A stretch of DNA of 63,151 nt, the filler included, from Hausera hauseri (Eukaryota): the NCBI GenBank assembly GCA_046269625.1. It is 9 parts of 9 records of this genome, joined end to end, with 100 filler letters (N's around TTAATTAATTAA, not from the genome) between each part and the next. Parts side by side here need not be neighbours in the genome. Positions count along the whole stretch, not along the records: positions 56,442 to 63,151 come from JBJURY010072994.1; 8 more parts are not named here. The stretch is one strand, 5' to 3'. The position numbers and the translations under genes are program-made. The notes under the pieces were generated by a model. That model did no database searches. It saw only the letters and a list, made by a program, of their open reading frames with translations, and was not told the DNA's origin. Shown here piece by piece: positions 56,442-63,151 of the stretch (position 1 is its first letter; the number at the start of each line of letters is the position of its first letter).

Positions 56442-59400
56442 CTTCATCGTTTCCTTCGTCTTCTTTAGATTCTCTTCTTTCTCGCTCTTCTAGACGTCTT
56501 TTCCTTTCTAGCACAGGCATATCGCTATCTCCTGATGAACTAGTTCGTATGGTTCTTCGTCTTTTTAACTGCTGTGCTCGTGCTTCTTCAAATTTCCTTC
56601 TCGCTGCTGCTCTTGTGTTTTGATATGGGGCAGTTGTTTCAGTTTCTTTTTCTGTTCTCACTTCTGTTTCGTTTTTCGTTCCAGTTTCTGTTCTCGGTTT
56701 TATTTGGTACGGGATTGCTATTTCATATCTCGTGTCAATTTCTTCTTCGCTTGACGTTTCACTACTACTTGAACTTTCTTTATCAGATGGATCTGAACTG
56801 CTCGATGTCTTTGGTGGTACCACATACCTCGCTTTTCGTATTCCATCTTTCATCTCAAATTTGGGCTCTTCTAACATTTTCCTGTTGTCTTTTCTCAGTT
56901 GACTGGTGGTTGTTGTTACCTCGTGTTTTGTAAGTTGGTTCGTTATAAAATACGATATTGGTCCTCTTTTTTCTATTATTGTGTACCCTGGTAACCAGTT
57001 ATTCTCCATTTTTAAACTTTTCCTGTGCTTCCGGTAGTATACTCTGTCTCCTACTTCGAATTCTTGCTCTACTGACTTAGGATCTGCGTATTTCTTTCGG
57101 TTTTGGAATGCTTTTCTTACATTTCTACTAACTTTTGTCGTGATCTCATGTAACTTTTGTAGTAGATACTGATGAAATTCTTCCCCTTGATATCTTAACC
57201 TTGGTTTCAACAAGTTGTCGACTGGTAATATCGGTTCTCTTCCGAACATCATTTCATATGGTGAATATTTCCTACTACCATTTACCATCACACGTATTAC
57301 CATCGCTGCTTGGTCCAGGTAGAGATCCCACTCCTTTGGTTGGTCGTTCGTATGTTTCGCTATTATGTCATATAATGTAGCATGTTGTTTCTCATTGATG
57401 CCATTAGCTCCCGGGTTGTAACAAGGTGTCGTTACATGCTTGATGTTTAACTCTTTTAAGGTTTCTTTCATCGCCGTGTTTACAAACTCTCTTCCATTAT
57501 CTGTGACTATTAATCGGGGACATCCATATCTCGGAATAAAACTTCCTAATAATATTTCTATTATATTCTCGGCCAATTTATCTGGCACTGCATATAATTC
57601 TGGCCATCCGCTATATACGTCCACAATGTGTAAGATATGTCTATTTCCTGAGGCTGTAATTGGATGGGGTCCCGAAAGATCTAAACTTATTTTCTCGATT
57701 GGAAAGTTCGCATATTCAGGCTCTTGTATTGGGTGTTTCAGTATTTCCATATTTCTTAATTTACATACTTCACAATTTCTGACATAATTTCCTATTTCTT
57801 GGGTCATGTTCTTCCAATAATACTTTCTGCTAATTAGTTCGCTAGTTCTGTCTCTACCAAGGTGTCCTAACTTGTCGTGATGTTGTTGCATTACAAGTTG
57901 TCTCCTGTTTTCAGGTACACACAGCTGCCAATTTTTCTTTTCTCCTCCACTAATTCTATACAATCCTTCATCTTCTAATATGAACTTTTTCCATTTCTTC
58001 AACTTCTCTTCTATACCTGTCTTCAAGTCTTGGATTATTTGGTTCAATTCTTCATCTTTTTGTTGTTCTGCTTTTAAGTCAATTCTATCTACTTCATATT
58101 CATTACTCTCGACTTCTGATTCTCCTGTTTTATCCCCTTTCAATTCCGTTGCATTAACTGCTGATATTTGTAAAGTATGATCATCTATTTCCGGTGTGCC
58201 TTCTTCTATCTCTTCTCTCTGGTTGTCTGCCTCATTGTGTTTGTCTGGTATTCGTGACAATAAATCAGCAATTGTGTTTTCAAAGCCTGGAATGTATTCT
58301 ATATTCATATTGTATCCTTGCAGATTTATGATCCACGGTTGTATCCTTTTGTTCTGAATATCTGCTCGTAGCATCGCCTTCAGTGGCTTATGATCGGTCT
58401 CGACTGTGAATTTGCTGTTATGTACATAGAAATTCAATTTTTGTAATGCATAGTGGATGGCATAGGCTTCTTTTTCGGTCACTGACCATTTACTTTGTGA
58501 TTTGGTCAGCCTATGTGATAAGAAGTAGATCGGCTTCTCCTTGGATATTTCTTTGCCTTCAACGATCTCCTTGCCGTCTTCTTGAGCTAATACCGCTCCT
58601 ATCGCGTAATCCGACGCATCCGTACATAGAACGTATTCTTTGTTGACATTTGGGTATGTTAGTAATGGTACTACAGTTAGACTCTCCTTCAGGAATTCAA
58701 ATGCCTTTTGACAGCTTTCGTCCCACCGAAATCTTGCGAATTTTCTCGTTAGTGCGACTAACGGTTCCGCTATTACTGAGAAATTCGGTATAAACCTTCG
58801 GTAATAACCGCATGTTCCTAGGAATCCTTTGACCTCTTTTGTAGTTTTCGGGGCTGCCATCGATCTTATCGCTACTACTTTTTCCTCGTCTGGCTGTACG
58901 CCCTGTCTAGTGATTACAAATCCAAGATATTTAGTTTCTTCCTTTAGAAATTCACACTTGCTTAATTTCAATTTCACTTTGTGTTCACGCAACCTGTCAA
59001 ACACTTTCTCTACATGTTCGAGATGATTTTCGATGTCTCCTTTCGAGAAAATCAGGATATCGTCGATGTATACGAGTGCATATTGTTGCATGCCTTCTAA
59101 CACTATGTTCATTAAAGACATGTAGGTAGCCGTGGATCCTTTTAATCCAAATGGCATAACGTTCCATGCATACAATCCATTATGCATGCAGAACGCACTC
59201 TTTGCCTTTGCGTCTGGCGACATCGGGATACACCAAAAACCTGACCTCGCGTCTAATGTGGTGAAATAAGTGGTCCCGTCTAGTACTCCTAGAATATCGT
59301 CGATTAGTGGCATGGGGTAACTCACGTTTGCGTTAATGGCGTTTAGTGTCCTGTAGTCGACGCAGAACCTATGACTTCCGTCTTTCTTTGGAACTATTAC

Positions 59401-61098
59401 TATTAGAGATGACCATTCCGACCGGGTTCTTTCAATGATTCCGGCCTGTAGCATGTCTTCTATGGCTTTTTCCACAATTTCTCGATTTCCAAGCGGCGTC
59501 CTGTACGGTTTCAAGCTTATTGGACCATGGTCTCCTATGTCAATCTTCATCGTGACCGTTTGTGTCCGACCAAGCTCCATATCTGACAATGCAAAGACAT
59601 CTGAATGTTTTCTCACAAACTTTTCGACTCGTGCTTTATGTTTCTCGTCTATTTTTAATGTCTCCAACAGTTTCTTAGTTCTTTCACTGTCTCCACTAAT
59701 TTCTGCTACCATCTTCCCTTGTTTCTGTCTCCATAACCTTTCTCTTATTTCTGCTAGTACTCTATCTCAGTGTGCTCTTCTTTGTGTCTTTTCTGCCCAA
59801 TATTCCTTTCGCTGTTCTCGAACCTTTTCCTTTTTGTTTCTTTCAGCAATGTTCACTACTGCACACATCGATGTATTTGTCTTATCTACTTTCGCTATAA
59901 TACACCCTTTCTGTAGCGTGATGGTCTTCCCTGTATAGTTGACTATCATTACTGGCATCTCCTTTTCTTTGTTCAACTTTACTATACCACATATCGTTTG
60001 AAGTCCGGGTTCTTCTATGATTTCTTTTTCTTCAAGTGCTGACACCATTACACTTTCCCCTTCGTTCCAGTATTCGCTCCTTTTCAACGTTGCCAATACA
60101 ATGTTCACTGAGTTAGGTTTCATCGTAACTTTCTTCTTCACACGTACAATCGATGCGATGTGAATGTCATCGTCCAGGTCTATGTACTGGTCTTCTATTC
60201 GAATTTTCTTCAAGTCAAAATATATCCGAACATTGTGTTTTCGCAAAAAATCTCTCCCGATAATTGCACTTCTGCACATATTTCTTATTACCAGAAAGTT
60301 GTGTTTCATTGCTTTTTGTCCGACATTAAATTCCAACATGGTTTTTTCTAGTACCTTCAGTGTGCTCCCTGATACCGATCTCAAGTCTATGTCCTGGCTC
60401 ACCAGTTTTCCTTTTGTCTTCAGCATCCTGTATACCCTTTCGCTGATTATGCTTACTTGCGCTCCTGTATCTATCAAACATCTTACTCTGACCTTTCCAA
60501 AATATACTATACATGAGCTCGGATCTTCTATAAAATTTATTTCATATCTTCTCTTCGATTTTTTTGGTTTTCGATTGTTTCCATAATCTCTATCCTTTTC
60601 TTCTAATCTAGTCAACGTTCGAGTTTGCTTCTGTCCTCTTCTTGTTGGTTCCCTTGGTGGTTGTTTGGGCCAGGGACATTGTGCTTCGGGATTTGCGATA
60701 TGGGTATTAACTGCCTTCTTGCGATGGGGAATGGGTTGGACTTGTCTTTGGGGTTCTTTTCTTGTCTCTCGTATCTTGCACTTAGCTTCATTAACTTCCA
60801 TGGATTCTGGTTCACTTTGTCTTCTGTTATCTGTCACATCTCAGTGTCTTTGTGTCGCTCTGATTCTTGTTTCTTTGTTATCTTTATCATTTCGTTGACT
60901 CACCCGAGACCAACTCCTGTTATTTCTTGTTTCTCTTGACCTTTCAAATTCTTTGTTTCTCGTCTTGTTATATTCCCTATAGCTGTATCTCCTAACTTCA
61001 CATTTTCCTTTTCTCTCTGGGTTTCTGGTTCTGTGTTTTGCCTCCTTTTGGTTCCCGTTCCAGTGGAAGCTCAAATCGAAGCGGGGTTTCCATTTCCC
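56442..61098 (-). pseudogene. pol: Gypsy pol with two in-frame TGA (60841-60843, 59767-59769)
   Basis: LIDTGAQVS, YIDD, TDASDYAIG, EKEAYA, TDHKPL, HHCC, LDLSGP, TDNG, NGINEKQH; the three ORFs share one frame. Confidence 0.94.
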
Positions 61099-62227
61099 TG
61101 CTGTGTTCTGATTCTGGTATCTCTTCGTTCGTTGGTCATAACTGATCGACATCCTCTAGCAAAGTGTCCTTCTCTGTCACATTTATAACATCGGTTGTTG
61201 TTTTCTGATTTCTGCCTAGCATTGTTCGTATTCGTTATCTTATCCTGGCATTCTCTTGCTATATGCCCCACTTTTCCACATTTAAAGCATTGTATTCTCT
61301 TCTCAATCTCGTGTACATGCTTCCTGTCTACAAATCGACCTTCCTTATACCTGTCATGGTCCTGTGGTCTTCGGTGCCATTTGGATCTGTATTGGCCCAC
61401 TTCCATTTGTTCTTCACTTCTATCATCATACTTGTCTCGGCCTAATCTCATATTCAATCGTTTACTGAAATTTTCTTCTTCTACCGCAGTTTGAATAGCT
61501 GCTTGAATAGTCTTAGGTTCTTCTTTCATTAGCTTTATTTTTATTCTTGTATTTCTCAGCCCGTCTGTGAAGATGGGTATCAATAATTTCCCTATTTCTT
61601 CTGACATTATGTTCTGTCCTGCGTAGGCTTCCTCCGCCATATTTAACATCCTGTTCCATATAACTGTACTGCTTCTTCCCTTTCCTGTTTGATTTTTCTC
61701 AAGGCGGCGACTGCGTACTGCATATCGCTGACTTCTGCATACCGATTAGCCAACGTCTTTTTAAATTCTTCCCATGTTTCTTCAGGGTGTGAAGTGAATC
61801 TCCTTCTAATAAAATCATTTGCCAAGGCATCTGAGGTCATGTAGGCCAGCTCTTTCTTTTCTTCCTCTGTAGCTTTGACCAGATAAGAGTATTTTTCTAT
61901 CTGTGAGATCTAAGTTTTGAATGTCTTGGTCTCCTTCCCGTTGAAAGGTTGAACAAATGTTCTCACGTTTTGGTGCCTGCTATTCATATCCACTTTGGTC
62001 ACCATTGTTTCAATCTTATCTAGTGCCTTTCTAACTGGGTCACCCAAACCTGACTTTGTTTGATGAAGTTTCCCTTCCTTAACTGGCGTCTGACTCCCTG
62101 TTTGTAAATTCTCTAACATCTTTCTTGTCTCCTCATATGCGGTTTTCATGGCACTATACTCCGCCATCATCGCATCTAACTGTTGTTGCGGGATCGCAAC
62201 CATTTGTACAGATGGTGTTTCCGCCAT
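61071..62227 (-). pseudogene. gag: Gypsy gag with a TAG (61910) and a frameshift (~61650)
   Basis: PFNG...FKT*ISQIEKY, IFTDGL, CFKCGKVGHIAREC, CYKCDREGHFARGC. Confidence 0.9.
61092..61098 (-). promoter_or_regulatory. -1 frameshift slippery heptamer G_GGA_AAT
   Basis: In frame at the gag end; pol is in the -1 frame; downstream CCCG/CGGG and TTCC/GGAA pairing. Confidence 0.7.
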
Positions 62228-62949
62228 CTTTTCCTCTACACTATCCCTTAATTCTCTTATGAATTTATCGTAATCAGTCTTTACTTTATTAGCCTTTACT
62301 CAAGCTACACTGTCTCAACTTTATCTTAATTGATGATGATCAATATCATACACCTTAATTATTTCTAAAATTTTCCACAAGTGTCTGACTTAGTTCAGAC
62401 TTACTCTTGATTGATGATGATCAACCAATTTATTAACTAATATGGCTCACACAGTAATACAAACAATCAACGGACTTCCGACAACAAAAGGTGGAAGTTG
62501 ATTTCACTAAAACCGGTGAAAGCAGTGGCGGGGCCGACCGTAGGGTGCCGCAACGTACACTCCACTGCCGTCACAACAAATAAACAGATCCCGGTGTGTA
62601 AGGCCGAGATTACCAACAAAGACAGCGGAAGCTAAGTGGCGGGGTCACAATTGTCCTGACGGACCGGCTCAAACCAGCTACACTTTGCCGCCGACAAACA
62701 TATATGCACATACACACTAGACGTGGGCCAAACATCTAAGTATCCCAAAACTATCAATAGTTACTATTTCTCATCAGCTCATCAACTGTGTTCACCTCCT
62801 TGTATACTGGAGCTATTTCGTTTCAGCTGTCTCACAGCTAATCTTTAGTGGTTAGTGCTGGTGATGGTCGTCAGTACCACAACTACCGGATGGTGTTATA
62901 TTCAATAAGGGCCAGCTAAATTTGCTAGACCTTGACCGGATATCAAGAA

Positions 62950-62969
62950 ATCCTGCGTCTAAGGCACCA
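62950..62969 (-). promoter_or_regulatory. Possible primer-binding site (tRNA-Tyr-like, imperfect)
   Basis: TGGTGCCTTAGACGCAGGAT compared with TGGTCCTTCGAGCCGGAT; lies upstream of gag. Confidence 0.4.
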
Positions 62970-63151
62970 CACAAACTTATATATATGTTGTGATAATACA
63001 ACACAACACCAACTCTTCAATATTGAATATAAACACCAAACTGCAACTCTAACGTGTACGCCCAATTACAGAGCGAACTCCAGCGTATGTAACAACACAG
63101 TGGACTAAACTCATTAATAATTTATTAATTACAAAACTACAAGTAACAATA

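Larger units (their letters stand above)
56442..63151 (-). mobile_element. Ty3/Gypsy element, mildly decayed
   Basis: PBS-like site, gag with two CCHC knuckles, PR, RT, RH, IN in Gypsy order. Confidence 0.96.

Noticed and set aside
56574-61494. Plus-strand ORFs opposite the Gypsy pol/gag (also in other elements)
   Set aside because: Antisense shadows of purine-rich coding strands, with no motifs.

Overview
This is eukaryotic (animal-like) DNA, not a prokaryotic locus. Nine short unplaced contigs are joined by eight artificial 100-bp linkers (44 N + TTAATTAATTAA + 44 N), so adjacency across a linker has no biological meaning. The content is mostly transposable elements: four large Ty3/Gypsy LTR retrotransposons (1.3-5.4, 11.6-17.2, 37.1-44.4 and 56.4-63.1 kb) plus fragments, a 6-kb array of ~68-bp satellite, four decayed protein-primed family B DNA polymerase (Polinton/adintovirus-like) copies, a piggyBac relic with a nested mariner, an RTE LINE 3' end, a SINE-like head and a chuvirus-like glycoprotein fragment. 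One clear host gene is present: the 3' part of an axonemal dynein heavy chain (DNAH14-like), with a 42-nt intron, an internal deletion and frameshifts. The most unusual observation is the Gypsy element at 11.6-17.2 kb. Its protease, RT, integrase and -1 frameshift signal are intact, but all four RNase H catalytic positions are replaced, and it carries a ~345-codon unknown segment before the protease. Family assignments come from recalled motifs; no database search was run.
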